A DNA stretch of 29,206 bases from a virus. Lineage: Duplodnaviria; Caudoviricetes. A program made the position numbers and the translations under genes. Location: IMG/VR virus record IMGVR_UViG_3300048598_000265, positions 1 to 29,206 of that record; one strand, given 5' to 3'. This document shows positions 14,267 to 23,504 of this stretch, in pieces. The stretch's first letter is position 1. Each line of letters starts with the position of its first letter. The notes under the pieces are model-generated. The model was not told the DNA's origin and made no database searches. It saw nothing but the letters and a program-made list of their open reading frames with translations.

Positions 14267-15223
14267 GTGGAAGTCATGAGTTTCGAGCAGGCCGACAAGT
14301 TCCGGATGCGCTGGGAAGGTGGTCTCTCCGACGATGCGGCCGATCCGGGTGGCATCACGAACTACGGCGTCTCATTGCGTTTTTTGCGGTCGCTCGGACA
14401 CGACGTGGACGGCGATGGCGACATCGATGCCGACGATATCCGATGCCTCACCCCCGCGGGTGCGGCCCTGATCCTGCGCCAGGAATTTTGGACCTGCCAG
14501 GATCTGGATTCCTTCCCCCCGCTGCTCGCCATTGCCCACTACGACGCTTCGGTCAACTGCGGCCGCGGCCGTGCCATGCGATGCTTGCAGGCGGCCTGCA
14601 ACGCTTTCGACGGTCCCAAGATCGACGAGGACGGCCGGCTTGGGCCAAAGACACGGTCCCGCATTGCTGACCCCGGCCTCAATGACGAGCTCCTTGCGTT
14701 GCGGGTCATTCAGGAGCGGCAGGCGTTCTACAAGCGTCTGGTGTCGGAGACTCCAAAGTTCTCCAAATTCATCGACGGGTGGATGAATCGCACCAATAGC
14801 CTCATCAAGTATTTGCAGGAGATTCCCCATGGGCAAGAGGCTTCTGTCCTTGGCCAGCCAGTTCCTGGAGGGGATGCGACACAAGATCAACCCGGTACAC
14901 CTGTACTGCCGACTGATGGACTGCGGGATGAGCCAGCCGAGAGCCCTGCGGTGGTCCAGACGGTGGGAAGCCCTGTACAAGCGCCTGGGGTTCTGACCAT
15001 CGGCGGAGTTCGACTCAGCAAAAAGTTGTGTGTGACCGCCTTGGGTGCGCTCGTCATTGTGGGAAATTCCGTAGTCCTGCGTTTTTTCAACGTCGGACTG
15101 AACGATTTCCAAATCCAGAAACTCGGCGATCTTCTTACCTGGTACATCGGCGTCCAAGGCGGCTTCGACATCTCCAAGCCGTTCATTCAGTCTCTTTTTA
15201 CGCAGGGAGGCCGCCGTGCGTAA
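14267..15223 (+). CDS. GH108 endolysin (plus PG-binding domain) fused via a long linker to a holin-like membrane domain
   Basis: GH108 motif EGGLSDDAADPGGITNYG; EF-hand-like DVDGDGDIDADD; FIDGWMNR; C-terminal LSKKLCVTALGALVIV...YIGVQGGFD. The start may be the ATG at 14276. Confidence 0.88.
   Translation: MEVMSFEQADKFRMRWEGGLSDDAADPGGITNYGVSLRFLRSLGHDVDGDGDIDADDIRCLTPAGAALILRQEFWTCQDLDSFPPLLAIAHYDASVNCGRGRAMRCLQAACNAFDGPKIDEDGRLGPKTRSRIADPGLNDELLALRVIQERQAFYKRLVSETPKFSKFIDGWMNRTNSLIKYLQEIPHGQEASVLGQPVPGGDATQDQPGTPVLPTDGLRDEPAESPAVVQTVGSPVQAPGVLTIGGVRLSKKLCVTALGALVIVGNSVVLRFFNVGLNDFQIQKLGDLLTWYIGVQGGFDISKPFIQSLFTQGGRRA
14829..14996 (+). CDS. Nested +1-frame 55-aa cationic protein inside the endolysin linker
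   Basis: AGGAG RBS at 14818-14822, ATG at 14829, TGA at 14994-14996: MGKRLLSLASQFLEGMRHKINPVHLYCRLMDCGMSQPRALRWSRRWEALYKRLGF. By my count 48 of 55 codons end in G/C, unlike the overlapping endolysin frame. Confidence 0.7.
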   Translation: MGKRLLSLASQFLEGMRHKINPVHLYCRLMDCGMSQPRALRWSRRWEALYKRLGF

Positions 15224-15581
15224 ACCCACAATCCCCGCCGCGATCGTGCTTCTCCTGTTCCTGGCCTTCCTTCCGGCTTGTGCCAACCTGTCCACCGAGG
15301 GCGGCGCCTCCCCCGCTCTCGGGCCGGACAGGCCTTCGGCATCATCGAACACGGCCACGTCCAGCCCCTCCACACTCCCGGAGCGCATCCGGTGCGGCAT
15401 TGCCTGGCTCTGGGCGAGCTACACGCGGCTCAAGACCGCTGGATCGCTCCCTGGGCTCGATGACCTGCGCGCGGACATCGTGGACCTGGAGTCCGTGGCC
15501 AGCCGGGGCGACTTGCTGGCCGCCCTCGACCTCTACGCCCGGGCCCGGGCTCGCGTGACCAAGATTGCGGAGGGCATGTAG
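15216..15581 (+). CDS. Lipoprotein (possible spanin component)
   Basis: GGAGG + GTG; signal peptide MRKPTIPAAIVLLLFLAFLPA-C with a lipobox, S/T/P linker and helical C-terminus; located in the lysis module. Confidence 0.7.
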   Translation: MRKPTIPAAIVLLLFLAFLPACANLSTEGGASPALGPDRPSASSNTATSSPSTLPERIRCGIAWLWASYTRLKTAGSLPGLDDLRADIVDLESVASRGDLLAALDLYARARARVTKIAEGM

Positions 15582-15583
15582 CC

Positions 15584-16174
15584 ATGGTGATGCCCGATAT
15601 CCCCGTCAGGCCCTACCTCTACGGCGGGCGGGAGCTGTGCGTCACCGGCGCCTGCCTGCTCACGGCGTCTTCGGACTGGCTTGGTCGGGCCATCCGTTTT
15701 TTCGAGGGCGACGACGCTTGGTGCAGCCATGCGGCACCCGTGGTCCGGTTCCCGGCCGACATGGTGGGCGCCGAGCGCGTGACGCTGATCGAGGCCCTGG
15801 AGCATGGACTGACGCCGACCTACCTCAGCCACTACTTCGGCGACGACTTCGACGGCCGGCTGTTCTTGTTCACGCCCTGGGCCCTCACGCCGCAGATTCA
15901 GACAAAATTCCGCGCATGGATGCTCGACAAGATGTTCAGCCAGACCGGGTACGATTACGGCTCTCTCGCCCGCCAGGTTTCCGGGCATGCCCAGGAGGAC
16001 GACGCGCTCCTTTTTTGTTCCGAGGCATGGGGCATAGCCGCTGAGGCCGCCGGCCTGCCGCGGCTCACCGACGCTCCCCAAGGCCTGGCGCCGCAACCAC
16101 CCGACATCCCCCGGTGGTGGGCTGGCAAGGTGGTGGAGCTTATCGGGCCGTTCAAGCCGCAGGAGGCGGCATGA
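15584..16174 (+). CDS. Permuted papain-like NlpC/P60 (YiiX/YaeF, C92) amidase-like protein
   Basis: His motif WCSHAA precedes YDY...LFCSE (catalytic Cys), which is the permuted order. Confidence 0.75.
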   Translation: MVMPDIPVRPYLYGGRELCVTGACLLTASSDWLGRAIRFFEGDDAWCSHAAPVVRFPADMVGAERVTLIEALEHGLTPTYLSHYFGDDFDGRLFLFTPWALTPQIQTKFRAWMLDKMFSQTGYDYGSLARQVSGHAQEDDALLFCSEAWGIAAEAAGLPRLTDAPQGLAPQPPDIPRWWAGKVVELIGPFKPQEAA

Positions 16175-16422
16175 ACGATGTGGAAATTACACGTCTCGCC
16201 GAAGCCATAGCGGCCAAGATCAGTGAGGGGAAATGCGGCCAAGCGGCGTGTTGCGCAAAATGTCCCATCACCCCGGAAGAGCACGCCGAGCAGCACCGGG
16301 CGATGAAGGGGGCGCTTAAAATGCGCTCCATCGTGGTGGTCAAAATCTTGGAGTGGGGCGCCATTGCCCTCGTCGGGTGGTTCGTCATGCGGATGGGATG
16401 GGTCAACGCTCCAAAGCCGTAG
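16171..16422 (+). CDS. Small protein with a C-terminal TM helix (holin/antiholin-like candidate)
   Basis: GGAGG RBS and ATGA overlap; MNDVEITRLAEAIAAKI...ILEWGAIALVGWFVMRMGW. Confidence 0.6.
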   Translation: MNDVEITRLAEAIAAKISEGKCGQAACCAKCPITPEEHAEQHRAMKGALKMRSIVVVKILEWGAIALVGWFVMRMGWVNAPKP

Positions 16423-16434
16423 TGGGAGAATTGT

Positions 16435-16560
16435 ATGAACGGATACCTCATCTATGATTTTGACCTTGAGCGGCTCAAGGAATTGAACCCAGGCCTCACC
16501 GAGAATGAAATCATCAGCATGGTCTGTTACTGGCCAGTTGTGAGCGAATTGGTGCATTAA
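16435..16560 (+). CDS. 41-aa hypothetical protein translationally coupled to terS
   Basis: GGGAG RBS; MNGYLIYDFDLERLKELNPGLTENEIISMVCYWPVVSELVH; its TAA overlaps the terS ATG (TAATG). Confidence 0.5.
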   Translation: MNGYLIYDFDLERLKELNPGLTENEIISMVCYWPVVSELVH

Positions 16561-17105
16561 TGCCTCAGAAGAATCAGCGCAGCATACCACGGGCAGAGAG
16601 ACTCAATGTTCGAGAGGCCTCTTTCGTCCGTGAATACCTTGTCGACTTGTGCGGCAAGGCTGCTGCAATCCGCGCAGGGTACAGCCCCAAACCCGCCGAA
16701 GTTACGGCGTCGAAGATGCTGGCCAAGCCCCGGATTCAGGCGGCCATCGCCAAGGCCATGGAGAATCGTGCGAAGCGGACAGAGAAGTCGGCCGATGATG
16801 TGGTCCGCGAGCTCAACCGTATGGCGTTCACTGACATCCGGGATTTCGTCGAATGGGGTGAAGACGGTCGCCCCAAAGCGAAGGCATCCTCTGCCTTGAC
16901 CAAAGACCAAGCTGCGGCCGTCCAGAAGATCAAGTTCACCAAGAATGCCCAGGGAGAATCCCTGGTGATCGAGCTCGTGGACAAGAAGGGCACCCTGGAA
17001 CTGCTCGGCCGGCATCATGGAATCTTTGACGACAAGCTCACCGTCGGCGGCATCACGTTCGTTTCCGCCGTTCCGGAACCAGACCCGCTTCCGGAGGGCA
17101 TTTAG
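16560..17105 (+). CDS. terS: Terminase small subunit
   Basis: FVREYLVDLCGKAAAIRAGYS...ASKML..P.IQAAI and DK...LELLGRH (Terminase_2 pattern). Confidence 0.92.
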   Translation: MPQKNQRSIPRAERLNVREASFVREYLVDLCGKAAAIRAGYSPKPAEVTASKMLAKPRIQAAIAKAMENRAKRTEKSADDVVRELNRMAFTDIRDFVEWGEDGRPKAKASSALTKDQAAAVQKIKFTKNAQGESLVIELVDKKGTLELLGRHHGIFDDKLTVGGITFVSAVPEPDPLPEGI

Positions 17106-18475
17106 TGTCTCTTCCCCCAACCGCCGATTATCGGCCTCTTCCCAAGCAGATGATGGCCCATCGCAGTCCGGCCAACGAACTGCTTTATGGAGGCGCGGCC
17201 GGTCCGGGGAAGTCTCACTTTTTGCGTATGGAGGCCCTGCATTGGTGCATGCGCATACCTGGCCTGCAGGCCTACTTGTTTCGGCGCACGTTTCCGGAGC
17301 TTGAGAAGAACCACATCCTGGTATCGCAAGCGCAATTCCCAAAGAGCGTTGGCGTCTACAAGCAGCAGGCCAAGCGGTGGGATTTCAACAACGGAAGCCG
17401 ATTGTTCTTCGCCTCGTGCCAGTACGAAAATGACGTTTTTCAGTACCAGGGAGCAGAAATCCATTTTCTCCTGCTTGATGAGCTGACGACGTTTACAGAG
17501 TTCCAGTACGACTATTTGCGCGGCCGTCTACGGTGTGCTTTGGATATCCCCCCCGCCTACCGCCACAAGATCCCGGGCATCGTGGCCGCTACCAACCCGG
17601 GTGGTGTCGGGCATGCCTTCGTCAAGTCTCGTTGGGTGGATTTCGCGCCACCAATGACGCTCAAGCGCGCCCCAAATGACCAGGGTGGCATGGTGCGCGT
17701 CTACATCCCGGGTTTGCTCGAGGATAACCCGCTCCTCATGCTTCGGGACCCAAACTATGCCAAACGCCTGGACGCGCTGCCCGAGCCGTATCGTTCCGCC
17801 TATCGAGACGGCGACTGGAACATTTTCCTGGGCCAAGCCTTCGAATTTCACCGGGACAAGCATGTCATCCCGGCCATGCCCATCCCTGCCGGCGTTTCGC
17901 TCTACATGACCTTCGACTGGGGCTACGGCGCTCCCTTCTCTCTGGGGTGGTGGTGGGAGGATGCTGACGGCCGCTTGATCCGTTGCGCGGAATGGTACGG
18001 ATTCAACGGGACGCCTGGGCAGGGTCTGCGCTTGACGGACCCGGAGATCGCGGCCGGCATCCTTGAGCGTGAGGAGCGCATGGGTATCAAGGGCCGTCCT
18101 ATCACCCGCCTGGCCGGTCCGGACTGTTTCGCCAAGAAACCCGATTACCGGGGCGGCGGCCAGGGGCCGAGCACGGCCGAGGTCTTTGCCGGGAAAGGGG
18201 TCGTCTTAGTTCCTGGCGATCCAACCCGGGCCACGAAAATCAGGCGTTTCCGGGAAAGATTGGACGTCCCGGAGGAAGGCATGCGCCCCATGCTCCAGGT
18301 CTACGACACCTGCGAGCAGTTCATCCGGACGATTCCGCTCCTGCAGATGGACCGCCTCAACGTGGAGGACATCGACACCACGGGCGAGGACCACATTTAC
18401 GATGAGGCGTGCCACGTCTGCATGTTGCGGGCACCCAAAACCGATGGCCTGACGGCCGGGTTGAATCTCGCATGA
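17105..18475 (+). CDS. terL: Terminase large subunit
   Basis: Walker A YGGAAGPGKS, Walker B LLLDE, ATNPGG coupling motif, nuclease motifs FDWG and EDHIYDE. Confidence 0.95.
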   Translation: MSLPPTADYRPLPKQMMAHRSPANELLYGGAAGPGKSHFLRMEALHWCMRIPGLQAYLFRRTFPELEKNHILVSQAQFPKSVGVYKQQAKRWDFNNGSRLFFASCQYENDVFQYQGAEIHFLLLDELTTFTEFQYDYLRGRLRCALDIPPAYRHKIPGIVAATNPGGVGHAFVKSRWVDFAPPMTLKRAPNDQGGMVRVYIPGLLEDNPLLMLRDPNYAKRLDALPEPYRSAYRDGDWNIFLGQAFEFHRDKHVIPAMPIPAGVSLYMTFDWGYGAPFSLGWWWEDADGRLIRCAEWYGFNGTPGQGLRLTDPEIAAGILEREERMGIKGRPITRLAGPDCFAKKPDYRGGGQGPSTAEVFAGKGVVLVPGDPTRATKIRRFRERLDVPEEGMRPMLQVYDTCEQFIRTIPLLQMDRLNVEDIDTTGEDHIYDEACHVCMLRAPKTDGLTAGLNLA

Positions 18476-19248
18476 TGCGCGTCAAACGCCTCACCATTCC
18501 CGGCCGCGACGTGGGCCCGGCGAATCGACACATCGATCGCATGGAGGGGACCACCACCCTGGCCGTCCCCTCCTCGACGGTCTGGCGCGAGCTGGCGACC
18601 GGCCGGGAGTACGGCGCCATCGTAGGCGGCCTGGCCTGGCCGTGCCATCCGCACGAAGGCGCGCTTGTGGTCCTGGGCCTGGAGTGGGATGGCCTGCGCC
18701 CGGTGGCCCATGTCCTGGCCGAGGTGGTCAACGACAACCTCTACAAGCTCCTGGAGCGCTATTTCGAGTTGTCCGAGGCGTGGGGGCTGCTCGATGATGA
18801 CGACATCCGGTGGATCGGTTCCATCGAACACGAAATGTACGAGCCGGCCGTCGGTATCGTTCAAAGCCAGGGGCGCGAACTGCTCCTGGTAGACCTCGCC
18901 TACAAACAGCCTCCACGCTGGTTGGCCCACTGCAACGCTATCCTCGACGCGCTCAACGGCCAGGACAAACGCCTGTACCTGGATGACAGCGACAATTTGC
19001 GCACTGACATCGGCACACTGCGCACGCTGTGGGATGGCCGCGTTACCCCGGAGTCCGAAAAATTGCCGCGGCTGGTCGCTCTAGGCTGTGCCCTGGAGGG
19101 GCTGGCGATCATCACCCCTCCCCGTGGAGTCGTCACCGTTCCGGCCAGGATCGACCCCTGGGACGAAGCCCTGGGGCAAGAGGCCCTGCCTGACCAAGAG
19201 GCCTTGATCCCTACTCTTCCTCGATTCGACGCGGAGGTCTTCGAATGA
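18472..19248 (+). CDS. Hypothetical protein, possibly a degenerate RNase H-like (terminase nuclease-like) fold
   Basis: ATGA overlap with the terL stop; IVGGLAWP...GALVVLG...HVLAE strand pattern. Confidence 0.65.
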   Translation: MMRVKRLTIPGRDVGPANRHIDRMEGTTTLAVPSSTVWRELATGREYGAIVGGLAWPCHPHEGALVVLGLEWDGLRPVAHVLAEVVNDNLYKLLERYFELSEAWGLLDDDDIRWIGSIEHEMYEPAVGIVQSQGRELLLVDLAYKQPPRWLAHCNAILDALNGQDKRLYLDDSDNLRTDIGTLRTLWDGRVTPESEKLPRLVALGCALEGLAIITPPRGVVTVPARIDPWDEALGQEALPDQEALIPTLPRFDAEVFE

Positions 19249-19469
19249 CCATGATCTCGCTGCCCTTGTGGCAACTGCTGGCCATGGCCGGCGCGCTGGT
19301 GGCCCTGCTGTTTGGTGTGCTCAAGCTCGGCTGGCGGCTCGGCCGCGAGAGCCAGGGCAAGCCGGTCTGGATCGCCACAACCAAGCCCGAGCAGGCGGAT
19401 GTGCTCCCAGCCGAAAGCCCGTGGGATCTGGCCGCAACGCTCCCCTCTGACAAGGAGACCGACCGATGA
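19245..19469 (+). CDS. Small membrane-anchored hypothetical protein
   Basis: GGAGG RBS, ATGA overlap, N-terminal TM helix. Confidence 0.65.
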   Translation: MTMISLPLWQLLAMAGALVALLFGVLKLGWRLGRESQGKPVWIATTKPEQADVLPAESPWDLAATLPSDKETDR

Positions 19470-19909
19470 TCCTCCGCTGTGAAATGTGCCTGACCAACAT
19501 CGGGACATTCGACCCTGAGACCCTGGCGTTGCCCCTCCAGGGTGCCATGTTCGCGCCGCTGGGCCCCGGGTACATCCCCCCCTTCCCGGCTGAGGCCGGT
19601 TGGCTCGACCTCCTGTGCCCGATCTGCCGTTTGCGCGCCATGGGGTGGGACCTCAATTCTCATGACATGGTGCGACCAAATCGGCTCCTGACGCCTGAGG
19701 GGTATTTCGTCATCGGCCAGGGTCTGGAGCATCCACCGGCGCCTCCCTACGTCCACAACTCGGAGGACCTGGCCAAGGAGTGGGCGGTTGCCGAGGCCGC
19801 ACGTGCGGCGGCCAGGGCACATCAGCGAGACGAGGCCGGTCCCGAGCCGACGCCTATTGCTTCCCACCTCCCAACGCATCAGCGCGGCATGCAAAAGAGA
19901 CGGCGGTAG
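19466..19909 (+). CDS. Hypothetical protein with two CxxC motifs
   Basis: AAGGAG RBS, CEMC...CPIC, ATGA overlap. Confidence 0.65.
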   Translation: MILRCEMCLTNIGTFDPETLALPLQGAMFAPLGPGYIPPFPAEAGWLDLLCPICRLRAMGWDLNSHDMVRPNRLLTPEGYFVIGQGLEHPPAPPYVHNSEDLAKEWAVAEAARAAARAHQRDEAGPEPTPIASHLPTHQRGMQKRRR

Positions 19910-19912
19910 CCC

Positions 19913-22159
19913 ATGGCCGACGACAGTTTCAATGTCCTGCCCCCGCGTGAGCAGTCCCAGGCAGTGGGACGTCGGGTCGCGCAAATCTTTCTCGACTGCC
20001 AAGCCGAGAAAGAACGGCTTGGGCTCCCTGCCCTCTGGAATCGCAACTACCGATTCGGCAAGGGGAAGCACTGGCAACGCAAGCCGTCCCAGGTCGGCAA
20101 TGTGCCGCTTTCCACGGCGGACTTGTTGCATCTACACCGACAGCGCACGGTGAACACCCTGACCGGGAACAACCCGACATTCAACGTGCATCGGATTGGC
20201 CCGGAAGGTGACGACGAAACGTTTTCTGTATTGGAGCGGGCGGCTGCCTACTGGTGGTGCGAACAGAAGCAACAATCCATTTTCGAGCGCTCGGTCATAA
20301 ACGGCGAGACCTATGGCGTGGCCATCGAGAAGGTCGTGTTCGACCCGGACCTGGAATACGGACTCGGCGAGGTCCAAACCATCGCCGTCGACCCTTACTA
20401 TTTTGGCGTTTACCCCGTGGACACCAAAAGCATCCAGGCTGCCCAGGCCGTTGTACACGTGGTTGCCATGGATATCCGTGAAGCTCGGCGCCGGTGGAAG
20501 GCGCTGGCCAAACAAATCAAGCCCGACAACACGATTCTCTCCCAAGTCAACGACACGCGCCAGGAAGTCGCCTCGGGCCAGACTTCTGGATTTCTTGCCA
20601 AGTTCGCCAACGTCATCACGCCGTTGATCAATCTGGCCTCTCGCGGACAGGACGTAGACAACGACAAGTGCATGGTCATCGAGTGCTGGGCCAAAGATTA
20701 TAGCATGGGAGAGGACGGCCCACTCTACACGGGGAATATCCGCTGTGTTACGGTATGTAACGCTGGGTCCCTCGTGTTGGATGACAGGTCGAACCCGTCC
20801 ATAAACCCCGCGATGTCACGGGATGAGGCCATTAAAACCTACCTGGCAGACAAATTCCCTTTTTCTGTCGCCAACTCCATCACCGACACCGCGAGCATAT
20901 GGGGAGATTGCGATTTCAACCATTTGATTCCCCTGCAAACGGAAATCAACAAGTGCCTGTCGCAAATCACTTACATGAAAGATCAGGCGGCCAGGTCCAA
21001 GATCATCAACCCACGGGACTCGGGCGTCCCTGATTCGGCTTTCACAAACCGCCAGGGCATCATCAAGCCCACGTCCATGGCCACGGCCCAGGGCATCCGC
21101 TATTTGGATTTCCCGCTCAATACGCAGGACGTGCAACTTGTACTTCAAATGCACAAGGATTTCTTCCTTCAGGTCGGTGGGGTGTTCGACCTGGAACGGG
21201 CCGATACGCCCGGCCGAGATGTCATTGCTGCCAAGGCTATTGCCGCACTGATCGAGCAGACCAACATCATGTCGGCGGGGAAGCTCCGCAACTACGGGCT
21301 GATGTTGACCGAACGCGGGCGTATGTTCATCAGCCACGTTCAGAATTGGTATACTGAAAAACGCTGGATCACCTTTTCCGATTCCAGTGGTCAAACACAG
21401 CTCGTGTCCATCAATGGCACGGCCATGCGTATCCCCGCCACACTGACTGTAGTCAACGGGTCCACCATGCCCGTGTCCAAAATTCAGCAGCGCGAAGAGG
21501 CGCTTGAACTCTTCCGGGAAGGGGCCATCGATCGGGAAGAGCTCCTCAAGCGCCTGGATTGGGACAATCCCCGCGAGGTCCTGGAGCGCATGAATGCCGG
21601 CCCTGTGGGGCAAGCTATCCAGAACCTGGAGACAGCCGGGATTCTGCCCCCGGGCGCCGCGGACCAAGCCATGAAGATCGGGACCATGGACCCGAAGGAT
21701 GTGGCCAAAGCGATCCAGGCTGGCGAGATAAAACCCTTGCCTCCGGAGGGACAGCAACCACACGAGCCTGATCCTCAAGCACAGATGGAGCAGCAGGAGC
21801 AAGCCCTGACCCTCCAGAAGCTCCAGGCCGAAATCCGCAAGATCGCTGCCGAGTGCGAAGAAATAATGTTCCGGGCCCAGGTCCATAAAGCTGAGGCGAT
21901 GAAGGCCTCCGCTGACGCACAGGTGGCCGGGCAACGGGAGCAACGCGAGACGCTTCAGGCCGTGGGGGAAATTCACCGCAGTGTGGAGCGACACCGACAT
22001 GACATGGAGATGGACCGTCAAAAGATGATCCAGGATCGCGTTAAGGGGGTCAATGACGCTGCCCAGCAGCAACACGCGCCGCCTATGCCTGTGCAAGCCA
22101 TGTCTCCCGCAATTCCCGCGTCTCCCCAACCATACCCCATCACTCCTCCGACCGAATAA
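19913..22159 (+). CDS. Portal protein (P22-like)
   Basis: 748 aa after terL; GETYGVAIEKVVFD and VDP motifs; long Q-rich coiled-coil C-terminal barrel. Confidence 0.8.
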   Translation: MADDSFNVLPPREQSQAVGRRVAQIFLDCQAEKERLGLPALWNRNYRFGKGKHWQRKPSQVGNVPLSTADLLHLHRQRTVNTLTGNNPTFNVHRIGPEGDDETFSVLERAAAYWWCEQKQQSIFERSVINGETYGVAIEKVVFDPDLEYGLGEVQTIAVDPYYFGVYPVDTKSIQAAQAVVHVVAMDIREARRRWKALAKQIKPDNTILSQVNDTRQEVASGQTSGFLAKFANVITPLINLASRGQDVDNDKCMVIECWAKDYSMGEDGPLYTGNIRCVTVCNAGSLVLDDRSNPSINPAMSRDEAIKTYLADKFPFSVANSITDTASIWGDCDFNHLIPLQTEINKCLSQITYMKDQAARSKIINPRDSGVPDSAFTNRQGIIKPTSMATAQGIRYLDFPLNTQDVQLVLQMHKDFFLQVGGVFDLERADTPGRDVIAAKAIAALIEQTNIMSAGKLRNYGLMLTERGRMFISHVQNWYTEKRWITFSDSSGQTQLVSINGTAMRIPATLTVVNGSTMPVSKIQQREEALELFREGAIDREELLKRLDWDNPREVLERMNAGPVGQAIQNLETAGILPPGAADQAMKIGTMDPKDVAKAIQAGEIKPLPPEGQQPHEPDPQAQMEQQEQALTLQKLQAEIRKIAAECEEIMFRAQVHKAEAMKASADAQVAGQREQRETLQAVGEIHRSVERHRHDMEMDRQKMIQDRVKGVNDAAQQQHAPPMPVQAMSPAIPASPQPYPITPPTE

Positions 22160-22169
22160 GGAGCAGCCC

Positions 22170-22556
22170 GTGCCGATGTACGATTTCACCTGTTCGCAGT
22201 GCGGGCAGGTATTCGAGGACTTGGCAAGCATTCAGGAAGATACGGTCATGTGCCCGCGATGTAAGGGTACCGCAAACCGCTCACCGTTCCCCTTACTCCC
22301 GGTGCAGTCGGGCTACCGGGCGGATGCGCCGTGGATTGGTGACTGCACCACTCCGTTCTCGCGGGACAATCAAAATCCTGACGTTCGCGCCTATTTGGCC
22401 AACCCGGGGGACCGGGCGGCCCTCGGCCGGGCGCTCCAGGCCATGGGGCTTCGCCATCAAGACCACGGGGAGCGATCGCGACCAGGACCGGTGAACATGG
22501 AGCCTATCCGCCGGGAATGCATCGAACGATACCGAGCCCGAAACGGCCGGGATTAA
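22170..22556 (+). CDS. FmdB-family zinc-ribbon protein
   Basis: AAGGAG + GTG at 22170; MPMYDFTCSQCG..FE.......CPRC. Confidence 0.8.
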   Translation: MPMYDFTCSQCGQVFEDLASIQEDTVMCPRCKGTANRSPFPLLPVQSGYRADAPWIGDCTTPFSRDNQNPDVRAYLANPGDRAALGRALQAMGLRHQDHGERSRPGPVNMEPIRRECIERYRARNGRD

Positions 22557-22571
22557 CCAAGGAGGAGAACA

Positions 22572-23477
22572 ATGCCCGATTTGATCGAAACGATGCCCAA
22601 CCAGGGGGGCGGCCCGGCCACACCTGAGGGCCCGGGTGCGACCACCCCGCAGGAAATCGGCTCGCAAGGCACACCGGCGGAAGGCGACAAAGCACAGCCG
22701 TCTCAAGGCCCCGACACGGTCACCCCTACAAGTGGAGAGCTCCCGGGGGACAAAACGACTGTTTCCCCCGACACGACCGTCGCGAAGCCGTCCACGCCTG
22801 CGCGTGATCCGGCTTTGGGCCTCCTGGAAAGCAAGCTCTCCATGATGGAAGGGCTGCTCGGGAAGTTGATGGATATGCGGCAAGCGCCGGCCGCTGCTCC
22901 GGCGTCCACACCATCCCGTGATTTCGGCGCCGAGCTTGAGGCCTTGGGCCAGCAATTCCAGGCCGAAAAGATCAGCCAGCCTGATTATATGGCCAAGGCT
23001 TTCGCGATCATGCGCGAACAAGCCAAGGCCGAAGCTGCGATTGAGGGTGCCGCCGGCGCCAAGGGTACCCTTGAGGAGGTCAAGAACCTCCTTGGACAGT
23101 CCGAGGCGAAACAGCGCCTGGATGCTTTCTATCAAAAGTACCCCGACGCCGTGGACTTCGAGAAAACTCCTGAATTCACCGCGTTGAAGCGTGAGAACGG
23201 AATGCATGACCCGTTCTCGGCGTTTTTCGCCCACAAGTGGCAGCAGGCCGAAGCCGCCAAGGACCAAGCCGTCAAGGACGCCGTCGCGGCCAAGGAAGCG
23301 GAGATGGTCAAAAACTTCAAAGCCAAGGGGGCGGCGTCCGTTGTGGGCGCTCAGGGCGGAGGTGCGCCGAAAGACGCCGAGGATGCCTACAAAGGCAAGC
23401 TCAAGAATGCCGGCAAATTCGGCGGCACCACCCGCGTGTTGGCGGAAAAACTCAGGGCCATGCGCTCTGGTTCGTAA
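22572..23477 (+). CDS. Capsid scaffolding protein
   Basis: Disordered P/T/G-rich N-terminus, helical Ala/Glu/Lys-rich body, position immediately before the capsid gene; AAGGAGG RBS. Confidence 0.7.
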   Translation: MPDLIETMPNQGGGPATPEGPGATTPQEIGSQGTPAEGDKAQPSQGPDTVTPTSGELPGDKTTVSPDTTVAKPSTPARDPALGLLESKLSMMEGLLGKLMDMRQAPAAAPASTPSRDFGAELEALGQQFQAEKISQPDYMAKAFAIMREQAKAEAAIEGAAGAKGTLEEVKNLLGQSEAKQRLDAFYQKYPDAVDFEKTPEFTALKRENGMHDPFSAFFAHKWQQAEAAKDQAVKDAVAAKEAEMVKNFKAKGAASVVGAQGGGAPKDAEDAYKGKLKNAGKFGGTTRVLAEKLRAMRSGS

Positions 23478-23504
23478 CAACCATCAATCCAGGAGGGTTT
23501 CGCC

